In this document: in pieces, positions 49,449-64,000 of the stretch | Layout: each line of letters opens with the position of its first letter | Position numbering within the stretch: the first letter of the stretch is position 1 | Source of the DNA: Polymyxa betae A26-41 | Taxonomy: Eukaryota; Protista; Endomyxa: Phytomyxea | DNA length: 64,000 nt | NCBI GenBank assembly: GCA_003693705.1 | Contig: RBZT01000441.1 | Coordinates: forward strand, 84,400 to 148,399 | Reading direction: 5' to 3' | The notes under the pieces: generated by a model | Seen by the model: only the letters and a program-made list of their open reading frames with translations | Told to the model about the DNA's origin: nothing | The model's database searches: none | Translations under genes and position numbers: made by a program

Positions 49449-49880
49449 CTAGTGGATTTTAATAGGTTTTGGAGTAGATGTAGCTTTCTTCGGGAGCTTG
49501 AAATACAGCATTCCGTTCTTAGACGTCACTTCTATCTTCTCTAAATCGAGGTTGGGAGGAAGGCGCTGCTGAAAAGTGACAGTTCCATAATGCCGGTCGC
49601 TCCAGATAGTTCTGTTCTCCTCGATGTTATTTTCTCGTTTCTTTTTGGCTTCTGCGGCGGAAGACGCTTGTTCGTTGCCTTTGAAATTAACAACAACTTT
49701 GAGCAGATTGACATCGGTTAGATATATTTTGATGTTATCCTTGTGTACTCCTGGAACCTCCAACCGCAGCATGTACATGTCGTCTTTCTCATAAATATCT
49801 CCTTTAAGAGATGGACTAAACGGCTGAGAAGAGTCATCGGTATACGGCGCTCCATTTGCAGTTGTTGGGTAAATGTCCAT
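49449..49880 (-). CDS. Small heat shock protein (HSP20/alpha-crystallin domain)
   Basis: DIYEKDD..LEVPGV, RHYGT..RLP and NGMLYFKLPK motifs. Confidence 0.9.
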   Translation of the reverse strand: MDIYPTTANGAPYTDDSSQPFSPSLKGDIYEKDDMYMLRLEVPGVHKDNIKIYLTDVNLLKVVVNFKGNEQASSAAEAKKKRENNIEENRTIWSDRHYGTVTFQQRLPPNLDLEKIEVTSKNGMLYFKLPKKATSTPKPIKIH

Positions 49881-50349
49881 AAAGTTCAAAAGCCTGTTTA
49901 GGCGTGAGAGTGGATTCTGTATCGGTATTAGTGCAGGCGAGCATAATGCAAGCACATACGAACCTGGACCGCAAACGGCGACAAAGCCATGGCTCGATGA
50001 CGACACCAATTACACTCAATATCGAATTAATCAATTATGAAGCAGAATATTCCGTTAAGCGGGTCGAACGTATTCATTGATGGCAGCAGCAAGTGCAATG
50101 AGCGAACAGCGACCAATGACTGGATTATGTTACTCCACTCGTCGTCTATTGTACATTTGTACAGCACTGCTCAAACATGGCTTTGTTGCTCCTCGGCCTG
50201 TTCCACTCTCTCCATCTCTCTTACTTGGTTGTTCTTCCATTCCCACTCCCTCCGTCCCATATATTGCTGTCTCTGTGTCTGATTCAATCGATTCAAATTA
50301 ACAATAATATGTTGTTTAATGACGATTTAATGTGCTGCTGGACTTGATA

Positions 50350-53300
50350 TTACTCGGACGAAAACTGATGTATAGATCGATCTTCCCTGGTTAGCTGAAT
50401 TCCAGCAGAAGTCCAAGAGAGAATGATTCGCTGAAGGCATTCCACTTCTGTTATTTCCGACTTCAAAGATACGAGTTCTATCACACGGATGCTTTGAGTA
50501 ATAGGTGCACTAAGCCATTGTGTCATGAAGCTACGGCTGGGATTGGACAATGACCAAATACGAATAGCAGGTGGATTCTCTTTAGCACAGTATGAGGCCA
50601 TCATTGATCCTGGCAGACGTATAAGATTCCAATCTTCTTTCTACAATCAGGAATTACCATCTGGGTTGAAAGAAATGGCATCGATTTGAGCGCTGGGCCC
50701 TTCCAAACATTTCCATTTCGATGCAGTCGTTATGTCATAAATGGCAATATCTCTACCGGACGCGAAGGCTACCAGTTGTAATTCCGAATGCATTTTAACA
50801 ATGGGGAACTTGAGTGAAAATGCCCTGAAAACCGAAATTGCAGGACGGAGAATGGCCTTCCGTACAGAAGATCTGGAGAAGATTGAGAAAGCCATTGTTA
50901 GGGCAAACATAACGAACTCGTTAGGATTTAAACGATTAACGATCATCTTGACTGTCGTAGGAATAAGTTTTTTATCTTGCCCCAGCAATAAGCTTGAAGG
51001 ATTTTTCATGACAAGATCTGCCGCACATTCTAATGCTGTAATCGAGAAATTTTCATTTGACTGCTACATGGTTAGACATTATTGGGGCAACAAAGAAGCA
51101 TCAGACCTTCTTGGCATTATGTAAAACTTTGGCGATTACAACGAAAAATTCAGCTGGACTCACAGACGATAACTCTAGTAATGCTCGACGAGCCGAAAGC
51201 TGGATTGTTACATGGAGAAAAGCAGGTCAATCGGAATCGCCTTACCTGTAGAGTTTCGGTCGCGTCCCCTTTGTCATTGGCGCTGAGCGATAGCAATTGG
51301 AAAATAACCCTGTCCATGGGAGATAAGAAAGTCTGCCAATGGCGAGCTCCTAAAAATCAGGTTATTTAGGAAGCAATATCAGGCAGTATATTACCCTTCC
51401 CTATCAGATCTGCAGCAAGCGATGCTCGCACCTGGTCATTTGTTTTCTCTGTGATTAGATGGAGCAACAGACCACATAAAGATGGACCGATTTCTTCGTT
51501 CAACGAGAATCGATGATTAACACACAAAAAGCACAGGATCATAGCACACATCAACTCTTCATCGCTCCTGGAAAGAAATTCCAACTATCCATCAAAGTAA
51601 TTAGAGCCGATTTTGCATTGGAATAATGGTACTTTGGAAGGAGATTCATGGTGTTCATAATCGCGATCATCGGAAACCTCCTCAAGTTGAATGGTATGGC
51701 CTTTGAAAACAGACGACCAATAGCCGAACGCTGTGGACTTTTTCTGTACTGACATCCGAGTGATAGCGCTTTGAAGCAAGAGACGAGCAGACACATGAAC
51801 TGGCTCAGCGCAATGCAAACTAAAGGCAGACAGGACCTATCAATCACATAAGTGTGTTTGAAAACGTTTTACAAAGTAATCATACTCGTAACGCCGGTTC
51901 TTTATAAAGCAGCAGAGCATCAGGTAAAAGAACCCCATAGTTGGCCAACAACCTTGAGCAAAGTGATTGATCAACCGTTGAGCCTGTTGACATCTTTCCC
52001 CCAATGATTAAACGCCTTCAACAATGCCCAAACCACTGACCAATGGCATATATATTGAATTGATACAGATAGAATTGAGCGCCGTGCATCTGTGTGAAAA
52101 TCGCCAGCGGGAGGTCGCAGGCCAGCGGGATGGTAACAACAAAGTGATCGAGCACGGATCTGCGAACTTCAGCAAAGATTTATGACAAAAAATAGACTGT
52201 ACGTTGGTTTGTTGAATTTGAAAATTTGTATGCAGACGCAGTACCAAACATAGCAAAGCAAAGGTACGATAGCAAATCACTACGAATTAAATACATGGGA
52301 TCGAAGAGGTCAAATCGCTCCGATATTTGCTATATAAATATTTCAGAGAAAATATTGGCACGATTCGGCCTTTACCTTATCTAAATCCGGATCCAACGTC
52401 CAATCAATAAATAAAGATGCAGCTAAACGCAGTCCATCCTCAGAAAAATCGGTAGAATTAAGCCCGGCGCTCGTTTGGACAGCTGTTATGACACCAAAGT
52501 AGTGAGAGCAAAATTCAAGACAAAACGAAGATAGCGTACGGGTAGATTCGGTTGAATCTGTCTCCAGCTTCTGATTGGGACGAGATTTTATCACATGAGC
52601 TGAAAGCAAGTCTAAGACCGGGACAAGATTGACAGTGCACACTTTAGCGTTCAAATTAAAGCCAATGTTCGGGATTACGCTGAATATGGTATTTGAAGTC
52701 TGAAACCAGTATTAGCCTATCGTATGGTTGACAAAAAAAGTCCAGTCACCGAGAGACTGGGCTCAGCGAAGGATTCAACATGAAATCCATGAGCATGCAG
52801 AAATTCTCGAGCAGCTTTGCCTTTCAAAATACGATCCAATGCTCCAGTAGAAGATATCCAGACATAAATGCTGGAATCCTGGGTCAAGGAGATCACAAAA
52901 CCAGCGTTTTTCACCCAGGCATTATGAAGAAAGCTTAAAGACAATTCAGGTGCAATCAAGGCATTACCAAACTTAGACAACCTGGTAACTAGGCTTGAAT
53001 GACCAATTCCGACCATTTCTTGAGTGATAAAAGAGGAGCCCAGCACTTTATACAGCGAGAAAGAGTTGTCCTGGGAAATTGCAGCCACTTCTAGCTCACC
53101 TATTTGAGCAAATCGAAGAACGGCATTGAAATGCAAATCATATTTTGCTAAGCACGAGGGGCTAAACCTTGAATGAATTACTTGTAAATCGGTTGAATGT
53201 TATCCGACCTATCATCCAATTTCCAAGCTGATACTTCGCCATCTGAAGATCCACAGAAAAGCACCGACTGGATATACGATAAAGCTGTGATCGCAGTCGT

Positions 53301-54710
53301 ATGAGCTTTCCACTCTTTCAGAGGCAGCTTTGATGTTAAAGGACGAGTTCGAATAAGTCCTGAATCTGAACAAAGAAACTCAATTAATTGTGATCCAAGC
53401 AATGTCAAGTTACGTACCAAAGCCAGCTATCAAAATTGGAACTTTTGATGCGATTATATGAGATGCTGTGATTTGTGGAGTCGATTTGTGATTTCGAAAT
53501 AAGTCACCAATTGACGATACATTCGGCCTGCTGCATAATCCATCGCTTATCTCATATACGGACCCGCATGGCAGATAATCTCCACCACAAACAAATACCC
53601 CAGCATCCCCCTTTACGAGAACAATTGGATGGGCAGATATGACAGATTGAGAGGATGATGTTGGCAGTTCAATTGAACGTAGAATCGAGAAATTACTGGC
53701 ATCTAGCAAATCGACATTCTTGTTGTTGTTGTGAACAAACGCAATCGTAGCACCACTGTTGAACGACATCCCGGCACCAAGCTCAGTAGCACAGCGCTCA
53801 ATATCACGTTTGGCAAAAATTTCTCCTTCGTCATTGATCTTTAAAGGTAGGAAAGACGACCTATTGTATATAATTGCATTATTCCCGAATATTGTTAAAC
53901 CAAGAGGAATGCTTATATCTGTAAGCTCAAGCACGGTTTGAAGGCCACCAAGGGACGCCATGCTGAAAGCAAGCATGTAGATTCTGGTAAGAATGAATAA
54001 AGTTTTACTTTTGAGGTGAATTTCAGCATCAATAACTGGCACCTCAAGATCCAACGTCTTAACAATTGACATACTTCCACGATAGCCTTCACCGAGACCA
54101 ACGCGAACAAGATAAATTTGAGTTGCAACTCTTTGCGGTATACAGGCAGCCATCACAAAGGGATCTTCTTTCGAGTTCTGATAGATGCGAATTTTGGAAA
54201 CAGAGACTGTCAGAAGAGGAAGCGAAATAATATTATCGCCGCTAAGGCCTGAAAAACTGTAAATATAACGACATAAACGTTATGAAACTGATTACACTCG
54301 TGAATGCAGATTAACCCATCCACATAACAAACAGCAAATAAGGCCGTCTCGCGAAACTGGAATGTTTCAACAGCAGATATGGCAATGCCGGATTCCTTGC
54401 GACCAATTACAACAGCAGTAGGCATAAATCTTTCCGAGCTTTGCCCAGACACTGCAATCTTCATTTCCGCTACTTGCGACTGAATATTTCTTTCGATCGC
54501 AGTTACATTCGCATTTCGATGAGCGATTCTGGGTGAGTCCGGGGTGATATTATACCTCCTCCAAAGGACGATTTCCCCGGTCACGGATCCGGTCACCAAA
54601 TGGCTGATACATTCGCCAGCCACCGGACTGAGAGCCGAGGCACAGCTAATCCGATGCTGAGGCGCCGACGTCCACCAGACGAAGGGGACGACGAGCTCTT
54701 TAAGGTCCAT
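50350..54710 (-). CDS. WDR7: WD repeat protein WDR7/WDR72-like (rabconnectin-3 beta)
   Basis: N-terminal LVVPFVWWTSAPQHRISC..LVTGSVTGEIVLW, YVWISSTGALDR and C-terminal WD repeats; many introns. Confidence 0.8.
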
Positions 54711-54943
54711 TCAAATCATCGTTTCACGAATGGATAAAGAAACAAGAGGCTTCGTACACGCATTAACATTATGATGGGGCTGTGGGGTGTCATTCCACTC
54801 AGCATGAGATTTCTGAAGGTTCCGCTCAAGGCATAGGGTCGCGTCGTTAACTATTAACCCTGTTCTATGTCATTCATCCATCTCTGTATTTGTTGTTATT
54901 TAGACATTGATGACACTGTGAAGTATGGATCCGAGCGGCTGGA

Positions 54944-56075
54944 CTATCTTTCAGTACGGGAGCCGAAAATCAGCATGTTTTCGGGAGTGACACCAGCATC
55001 GACATATCGGTCGCAGAAGGCATTCGCGAAGCCATTCTGAGCGAGATATCGTACCCGGCAGGAGTTGATAAGCCATTTGCTTAAGTAGCCGATCATATAT
55101 TGGCCTGGATCACCACCGATCCCAGTGGCCCAGGATGATAGTCGGCAGATCTCATTGAAATCGTCTTTACCAAAGCCAACTTCGTATAGTAGTTCTCTAC
55201 AAACCAGCTGGTCCCAATCGCATTTATGATGGCAGCAAGGAGCCATAGCTATAGCACTGATACTGCCAGTCTCCTTCACAATGCATCGTAAAGCGTAATC
55301 AAAACCAACACCACATAAATGTTTGCTGACACAAACAACATTGTCTCGTCCTTGCAGAAGATCAACAGCACCCATATTGAAATCGCGAATGTTGATTAGG
55401 GCGCGAAGGAAATGTACAGAGCGTCGAAGCCTACAATCAGCAGCATGACGGAAAGTGTTCATATCGACAGCCACTGCGGCAGCATTCGAAGATAGAGAGA
55501 ATTCTTCAACAATCGCATCTGTGAGATCGGCTTTACCAGCGCCGAACTCAACAATGGCTGCGTCAGGTTGCAAACTATCCATTTCCTTAAGCTTGGATAT
55601 AATAGCCTGGTGCTGCTGACCATGTTTCAATGCTGGTGTCAAATCCAGAGCGCAAGGCTCTGAAACGAATGCTTTGCAATGCGGAAGCAACTTCAGAATT
55701 CGCTCTTCTAATGTAGACATAGAGCATGGAACGCTCACAAGCGTGTTTGTTTTGTTGCTTTCATTACGCCCTTCTTGGAAAAAATTCTGAGACCTGATCG
55801 TCTACAGTTAGAAAAAGAATGAGCAAAACGCTTACTCTTTCTTCCAACCTGATACGAATATGCCTTGTCACAGCAGGGCACTTCTTCTGGCAATGTGCTA
55901 TAAAGCCTTTGGCATTAATCCAGGTCTTGCAGCCTTCACAATATCTTCTCTCAGCTGGAACTTCGTGTTGGTGATATAAGCACAGAGGCAGCGCACCGGT
56001 GTAATCCGAATTCACAGCACGATTGCATAATCGGTTCTTTTTCTCAACAAACCACTTGCATACCTGTACTGTCAT
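54944..56075 (-). CDS. TRM13: tRNA:m4X 2'-O-methyltransferase TRM13
   Basis: Zinc finger CKWFVEKKNRLC, VEFGAGKA, SKHLCG, APCCHH and TPEN motifs. Confidence 0.92.
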
Positions 56076-56596
56076 CGAGTTTTTCTGGATTGACAGCCAG
56101 AAATCAACGGTTTTAGGGGGATCGAAGCACAAATAAATAACCCCGCAACAATCCGCATCGTTTCAGTTGACCTGGCGCTAGAAATTATTGAGAAATAATC
56201 AGATAAACTATGCTGTACCTGTAGTATTTGAGATTACATGAATGGTCGGACATGGATAACCCACATCAGCAGATCTGCGAAACGGTGGCGCTCGATTGCG
56301 ATGCTTTGGACTTTCTTCGACTTCACGGAATAACTGTCAAAATTTAGTGACATTTCTGATTTGAGACTTAGATTACGATGGTATTCGCTCAGTCAGTCAA
56401 TGAATGGAAGAAATCATATAATAATTGTATGTAGGAAAGTGAGCAGCTGAAGCTTGTATTGCTCATGCTGGTACTGCGCAAATCACAACACGAATACGAG
56501 GCTTTCTACTCCTCCCTCCTGCTGTGTTTGTGCTCTGTCTGTTAGTTGGAACAGCATTCAGCTATATAGATGCAGGGTGGCATTGCTGCTTCCAGC

Positions 56597-58478
56597 ATGA
56601 TCAGGCTGATTTGCATCGTCATTCTTTGTGCTGCGATGAAATGTGCTGCGTTGGGACCGATTATGATCGTGATCGGGGACGTCTCCGAGAATTCAGCCCG
56701 AATCCTGTACGATGCTTTGGACAGGTACCATCATAGAGACATCTGGCAGCAGAACGGTTAATGGAGCGCTGTACAGAAATCTTGTCGGGAATGTTGTGGA
56801 AGCGAGATTATATGATGATAGTGGTGTCATCTTTAGACAGACGCTGCCTATTCGCGAGACGCCTCGTATATGGCGTTTATACGATCTGGTGGCAGGTTAG
56901 TTTAGGAATGATTTCATAATTTGTTCACCTAAACCAAAATGTGAAGGAAAACAGTATCGGGTGCAACTTCAAGCACAGCATGGCGATATCGTATTTGGCC
57001 AATTCAGGACACCTAATCTGGATGACAACATCCGCATACTGTCAGTTGTTCACTGTTGTCTGTTTTATCTTCTTTGATGAAGCAAATTCTGCAGAACGTC
57101 AAGCTGCAATAAATTTCTGGACGACAACGACGATTCTTTTATTTCGGAACTGGTTAAAAACCCTCTCGTTAAAGACAGAATTGGCATGATTCATCTTGGT
57201 AAGACGCCATCACTATGCTGATATTATATGTAATGATATCTTTTCCCAGGCGACCAGTTGTATGCTGACTTCATTTACGATGAATGGAACAAGAACGGTC
57301 GCCGCTCGTCGCACGAAGATCTCACGAACGAATTTCGAAAAGCTTATCGGCGAATATGGTATGAATTCAACGATCATTCTTGCTGTTTCACCGTCTCGGA
57401 AAGCCAGTTTATAAAGCTCTACCAAATCAACTCAGCTGATGTGGGCACAGGTCGCCAGAGCCAATGAGAACATTATTAAGCACAGGCGCCAACTGGATGG
57501 TCATAGATGATCACGATATCCTGTCAGTTCACATTCTTTCATCTGTCCATTAGTTCACATGAATATTACAGTAATAATCTCGATCCCGAGCAAATTAAGG
57601 ACGGCCGGGAGCCTTTGCTTCGGGCGGGACGTCAGGCGTTTCTGGAATACCAACTCCAACTGCAGTTCGACGTCTTCGATGACGACGGGAAGGAGATTGG
57701 CACGCCCCGTGCTTATTTCACAAAAACGATTGGGCCGTTGGCACTTATATTCGTCGACACCCGTCTTGAACGAACCTTCAATTTTGATTCCAATGCGCCG
57801 TTTCTAGGAACGCACCAGATGCGATTCATTTCGAATTCGTTGCAACAATTCAGCAAGAGAGACGACATTTCTCAAATTATTCTGATTAGCAGCGTCCCTT
57901 TGGTGTGGGCTCCGTCAAGTTGGGTTTCGAGGCTTCCCGACATCGCCGAGAAAGAAAGAATGGCTCTGCATCCAGTACATCGGCAAGAGTCGGTTGATCT
58001 ATTGAACATGGCTTCAGAGTATAGGCCCAAAGTGACGCTACTTTCTGGTGATATCCATCTATTCCTTCATAGTGAAATATGTCCTCGGGCACGATCACAT
58101 GAACCTTGTATCGAGCAGATCACTACCAGCGGCTTAACGGTCGGAAGCACGGCCGCCAGTTCCCTGAAAGTGCTTGTGTTTCACTTTCTGGCTCTTGGTG
58201 TCGGCTCGAATGTCATTGACGACTGGGTCCTCAATGTGAGGCAGTTGAATGTTGGCCACAATGCTGCAATAATTGGATCTTCTGAAGGCAAATTCATCTG
58301 GACTCCCATCTTTTCACAGAATGCGTCTTCATGGTATCAGATTGCTCAAACCGTTTTTTCAAACATGGTCTTTTTGTCACAATGGGGTTTTCCCATCGCA
58401 CTATGCATATTGTGTATATGCATGGTGTTATATTTTTCAAGAAAGATTCCCGTCAGCCACAAAGCCAAACGCAACTGA
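56597..58478 (+). CDS. PhoD-like metallophosphatase, signal peptide and C-terminal TM
   Basis: Spliced GDQLYAD, IDDHDI, VDTR, SGDIH and QITTSG motifs. Confidence 0.85.
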
Positions 58479-58637
58479 AGGTATTGTTCGAATAAATATG
58501 TTTATTTTTTATGATCTGTTGAGTGAATATTCATCTAGAATATCTGCATTCGACGAATATGTTATATGGACAAAATATCTATATACAGCTGCTTCTGTTT
58601 TGTGTTCAATGAACAGTAGCGGATCGCTCTGCATTGT

Positions 58638-59938
<1,301 letters not shown>

Positions 59939-60402
59939 AAGGTCTCAGAGGAAGACAGACGACAACGAACAATGGGAGCACCCCACGTTGCCCCCTCAAA
60001 TTTCTAAGTCTGCTGGGAGGTCGCGTCTATGGACAGTTCTGGGTCACCCCATGTTAGTCGGGGTCTCCGGTTCCACAGCCCCACGTGCCCCGGTCCCGAT
60101 CATTTCGGTTACAGGCAACAAGTCCCGGCTCGACTTGAAGTTGGCAGCCGGGACCCCGGATCGGGCGCCCGGGCCAGTAGCGTAAAAAGCACACTCGCAC
60201 GCGCCCGGCGCCTCACTATGGCAAATGCGCGGGCGCAGGTCATGCTGGCAACAATCGAGAGAAGGGCCCCTTTGCTTCTCCCGGCCAGACCGACGGCCTG
60301 TTCATATTCGCACCTACATAACCACACCATAGAGCCGGGCCAATCGTGTATATGGGCATTCAATTGACACGATATCTGCTTTTATTTAAACAACACCTAT
60401 AA

Positions 60403-63068
60403 TTACTTTTTATTTTTGGGTGAATTTTTAGGTGAGTTCTTGGGTGAATTCTGGGTTTTGATAAATGATATTAGACATTCATCCAATGCATCAACGGTTT
60501 CGAATGCAATTCGATGGTCGATAAAATGCTGCAAAGCGTTGAGGAGCTTCTCGCCGTCGCCAGCACTGTCCAGGAGCCGATCTATTGTCTCATCATATAG
60601 ATCGACTTGCTTAGAGAATACTGCATTCGTCGCGAACCATTCGCCTGCAGATGCAATCTCCCTCTGTCTTTGAGCTTTAACCACTTGATACAGCTTCGAT
60701 GCAGTCAAACCCAACTCGTCAATTGATTCAAACCGATCATGCTGCTTCAACGCTTGCTGAATAATATTGGTAAACTTGCCGTAAGCTCCAGACTGACTCA
60801 TAAACTTTTCTGTCTCAGAAATGCTGATCTCATCGCCGTTTAAGTTTTTGAATATGGTGCGAGCGTTATCCTTTAGGAAACCTTGGACTTTCAATTTTTC
60901 TTGCAAGAGACTCGGGTCTTGTTGTAAACCAATCAAATCTTGAAATGATCCCAGCTGCCGCTTTTGCCAATTAAGAATGCCAATGTTGCATAAGATTGAC
61001 GACAACGAAGGATTAATGGCAAGTAACTTGCTGACATCAGCAAGCTTCACACTGACATTGCTATCCAAGGCGGCGAATAATGTGATTTCCGGATCTGATA
61101 GCGCCGTCATAATTGCTTTCGCTTTCATTTGTAAGCTCTGCTGTGGGGACATCTGCTCTAGATCAGCACCCATTTGTTTGCTGATCGACAAAGGGCTTCC
61201 TTGTCCCATACACAGGACGGAAGCGTCATGGCCAGCTGACGAGAACACAGCCCGCATCATGCTTTCAAGCGACTCGAAACTTTTGCCTGATGCAGCCAAC
61301 ACCTCCAAACTTTGCACTATCAGATTAGCATCCATGCCGTTATACAGTAGCTGAAGGACAGGGTTTGGTCGCAGATCAATGAATCCTTTGAATAAACGCA
61401 GATCTGGACGTCTTAGCGTCATAAACACGGTCTGACAGTCTTCTTCAGCTTTCGCCACTTTCGTTTTTGCCAGAGCTCGCTGTCTGGCCGTAGTTGCTGC
61501 GATTAAATCGTCAAACCCGGGGTACCGAGGACAGCGAGCAACTTCCTCCTGCAATCGGTCGATAATTTCCGATCCGCACGTCGTAGTCGTCATCAGCTGC
61601 ATAATTTGGTATGAAGATAAAGTCATACGAGGATTATCGAATAGCATCATAGCCCCATGCTTCACAAGCTCTTGACATTGTTTTGCAACCTCATCCCATC
61701 GGTCTCGAAGCTGTTTGACACTGGTAGCAAGACTCTTCAAATCAGGGAAATTTCGGCGATTACGGTCGAGCTCCAGCAACGTCGCCATTGTCGCTGTGAT
61801 CGTTCGGCCACCACGAAGGACCTGGTCGACCACATCGGTATAGACCTCGACGTTGCTGTGTGCCCGCGCTTCACAAAATAACGATGACCCTTCGATGAAG
61901 TCAAGAACAGCCAGACGGTCCTCGGGACGGGGGACACAAAGCCGGAAATCGATCTCGAACGGCGTCGGAGCTGCATTATCTGGGATGAGCTCCAGATACG
62001 CTTGCGGTATCCATCCGAACTCCTCGCCATTTCTGACAAGGCACCAGCCTTCGTCGTTAACCTCATACTAAACTCGATGATCAGTGGCTGCTCATTGAAA
62101 AAAAGTCAAACTGAAATATGCGTAACGTAACATTTTTGTAAAAGTGCAACGTAACCCCATCCTGCCAGACAAAAGTGTAACGGATGTTGTCGCTCTCTGT
62201 CATTGTATAAAATCGTTTTGCTTACAACGACAATGGTATCGCCCCGGCATCCATGGATTTCAGCATTTCCTTCACTTGCGAAATCTTGAACGAGCCGGGC
62301 ATGGAAAAGAGCGTGCTCATCGAGCTCTTCTGAGAAGGCTTTCGTCAGTCGCGGTGTGCTCGACCTGGAAGTCGGTTTATCGTCGCTGATGTCTAGGTCC
62401 CTCAGATCGCTGATGTTCAGAGACCTCATACTTTCGCTGATAGAGGCAGTAAAATGGTTGTCTTCAGATTCAACTTCAAGTGTTGCTGTCTCTTTTACTA
62501 CGATGTCGCTCTCGACTGCCTTTTGGACGGCCTGATGAATCTCATTTAACATGTATGGGTCATTATCAATCACCAGCGAATCGACGTTGACATAAGACGG
62601 CGCCGCAGGGACGACAATGTTTGACAAAAAAGCAGGATCTGGCTGTGCCAGATTCGATCTGCCTTTAGCATGGTGTCGCATGAAAGCACTCTTAGTTGCA
62701 GCTTTCTCAGCGTTATCGCCAAATTCCACAGACAAGGAAGCGTTGTCAGTTGGATCAATAAAATCCCCAATTGTTGGTGACTTGCTGCTCGTTATCGAGC
62801 CTCGTTTCGGTTCATTATCTGCGGTCTGGATAATTGCTGAAATTGAAGCGTTTGAAGGATTCACGATAGCATTTTTCGGTGCTGATAGCCAGGTTTTCAT
62901 TCGTTCCTGGATAAATGGCGAAACGGATTTTGGAGCTGCCGCTTCAGGGCGACGCAAATGCATCTTCGATATATTGCCTTTAGAATGTTTCGACCCATGG
63001 CTAATTAAATCTTCGAAAAACACCTGCAGAGACTTTACATAGCCTTGTTGCACTGAAATGTTCGCCAT
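60403..63068 (-). CDS. SH3-domain-containing protein with repeated helical C-terminal region
   Basis: ARLVQDF..GDTIVV|VNDEGWCLV..FGWIP spans an intron; repeated F(E/Q)SLxxL motifs; SPKN x3 tail. Confidence 0.7.
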
Positions 63069-63199
63069 AATTGGCAGAAACTCTTTATGAAGATGACAAT
63101 TCAGTACGCGTGCCAGCAAGATAAATATGAATGAAAGTGGAGCCTATCGGAATCTGCCTATGTAATACTTTCTATCCAAAAAAATGGATATCATTGCCC

Positions 63200-63942
63200 T
63201 TAGGAAGATTCCCGATCGACGCCATCCAGCAATGACATAAACGATGTGATCCCTCCGAACGCAGAACTACATTGTGGGTTGCCGTTGTTAAGGAACGATA
63301 TCGGACGTCCCTCTTTCTGGCGCTCAGCAGTTGTTTGAAATACGGTCTCATGCTCGTTATAAGTCCTTCCACATGAGCAATGATAACTGAAACGGCGTCA
63401 AAAAAAGCTCAATGTTTTCAAGTTCGTTTGACCTGGATGAAAACTTGGAACATTGACAATTGACTTTACCCTTGTGGCCACATGATTGGTCCTTACAGGA
63501 GTGCTCCTTGAAAGAGTGCTTGCAATGGCATTTGATGTCCTGAATTCCTCTGGCGGGAATATACAGAAAGCATGAGCATCGACAACCAGGAGCACGGCAC
63601 GGCGGTCCCTGAGAGCTGTTCTCGAAGTTCTTGTGGCTTTTAAATCTGTGATTACAGAAACCTGACACTCTTAGGATAAAACAAGCACTAGACAGGAACG
63701 TTACATTTTGATTCTGGCCCGATTAGACGACATTCCAGATTAGAGCCAATCGGTCGCCAAGAAACGAACAGGCGAGGTGCGCTTTCGACCTTCTTCTTAA
63801 ACTCCTGAAACTGTTTCTCGCTGAACAAGACACCGCCGTCCGCGTCGCCAACTATATTCCGATATTCGAAATACGCATCGATATGCTTGGCATCAGATCC
63901 GGAGAGCTGGATAAACGCCTGCGTCGACTGCCTAGCGCTCAT
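63200..63942 (-). CDS. FAM221A: FAM221A/B-like Cys-rich protein (DUF4475)
   Basis: YFEYRNIVGDADGG, CRLIGPESKC and CRCSCFLYIP..CHCKHSFKEH motifs. Confidence 0.85.
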
Positions 63943-64000
63943 TGCTATTGGTACAATACATCACAGAGTCGATCACGTGCAGCGGCCAGTAGTGATCAGT

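Noticed and set aside
60403-63942. FAM221-SH3 fusion gene
   Set aside because: The FAM221 frame stops at a TAA (63200-63202) and a separate ATG lies at 63068.

Overview
Eukaryotic, gene-dense nuclear DNA with short (about 45-60 nt) GT-AG introns and the standard genetic code. Ciliary-type genes, secreted effector-like genes and compact introns suggest a flagellated protist, plausibly a plasmodiophorid (Phytomyxea); this is inference, not an identification. About 27 genes are supported, including mitochondrial EF-Ts, a lipase, INPP5E-like, ARPC1, YJU2, CASTOR-like, SUCLG1, a CAP/PR-1 protein, BCD1, SEC12, MPI, a double DH-PH-FYVE RhoGEF, PIG-V, HSP20, WDR7, TRM13, PhoD, a C2H2 TF and FAM221. 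Four things stand out. (1) An intergenic ~266-nt Pol III-like RNA candidate (5185-5450) has a closing stem, a T4 terminator, an upstream TGTCCCAT box and a CCTAACCCT motif inside a core-enclosing helix, making it a telomerase RNA candidate; a divergent tRNA 3'-half lies just upstream. (2) A second densely structured RNA candidate sits just upstream of the CASTOR-like gene. (3) An accessory island (~21-30.4 kb), bracketed by two inverted-repeat elements, holds four paralogues of a signal-peptide-bearing P-loop GTPase family, all carrying lesions; two copies share a hidden Gly-rich/Cys C-terminal tail. (4) SEC12 has a lumenal tail built from four tandem ~560-bp four-exon cassettes, followed by a decayed pogo transposase. 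Exon boundaries and base pairings were read by eye and are approximate.
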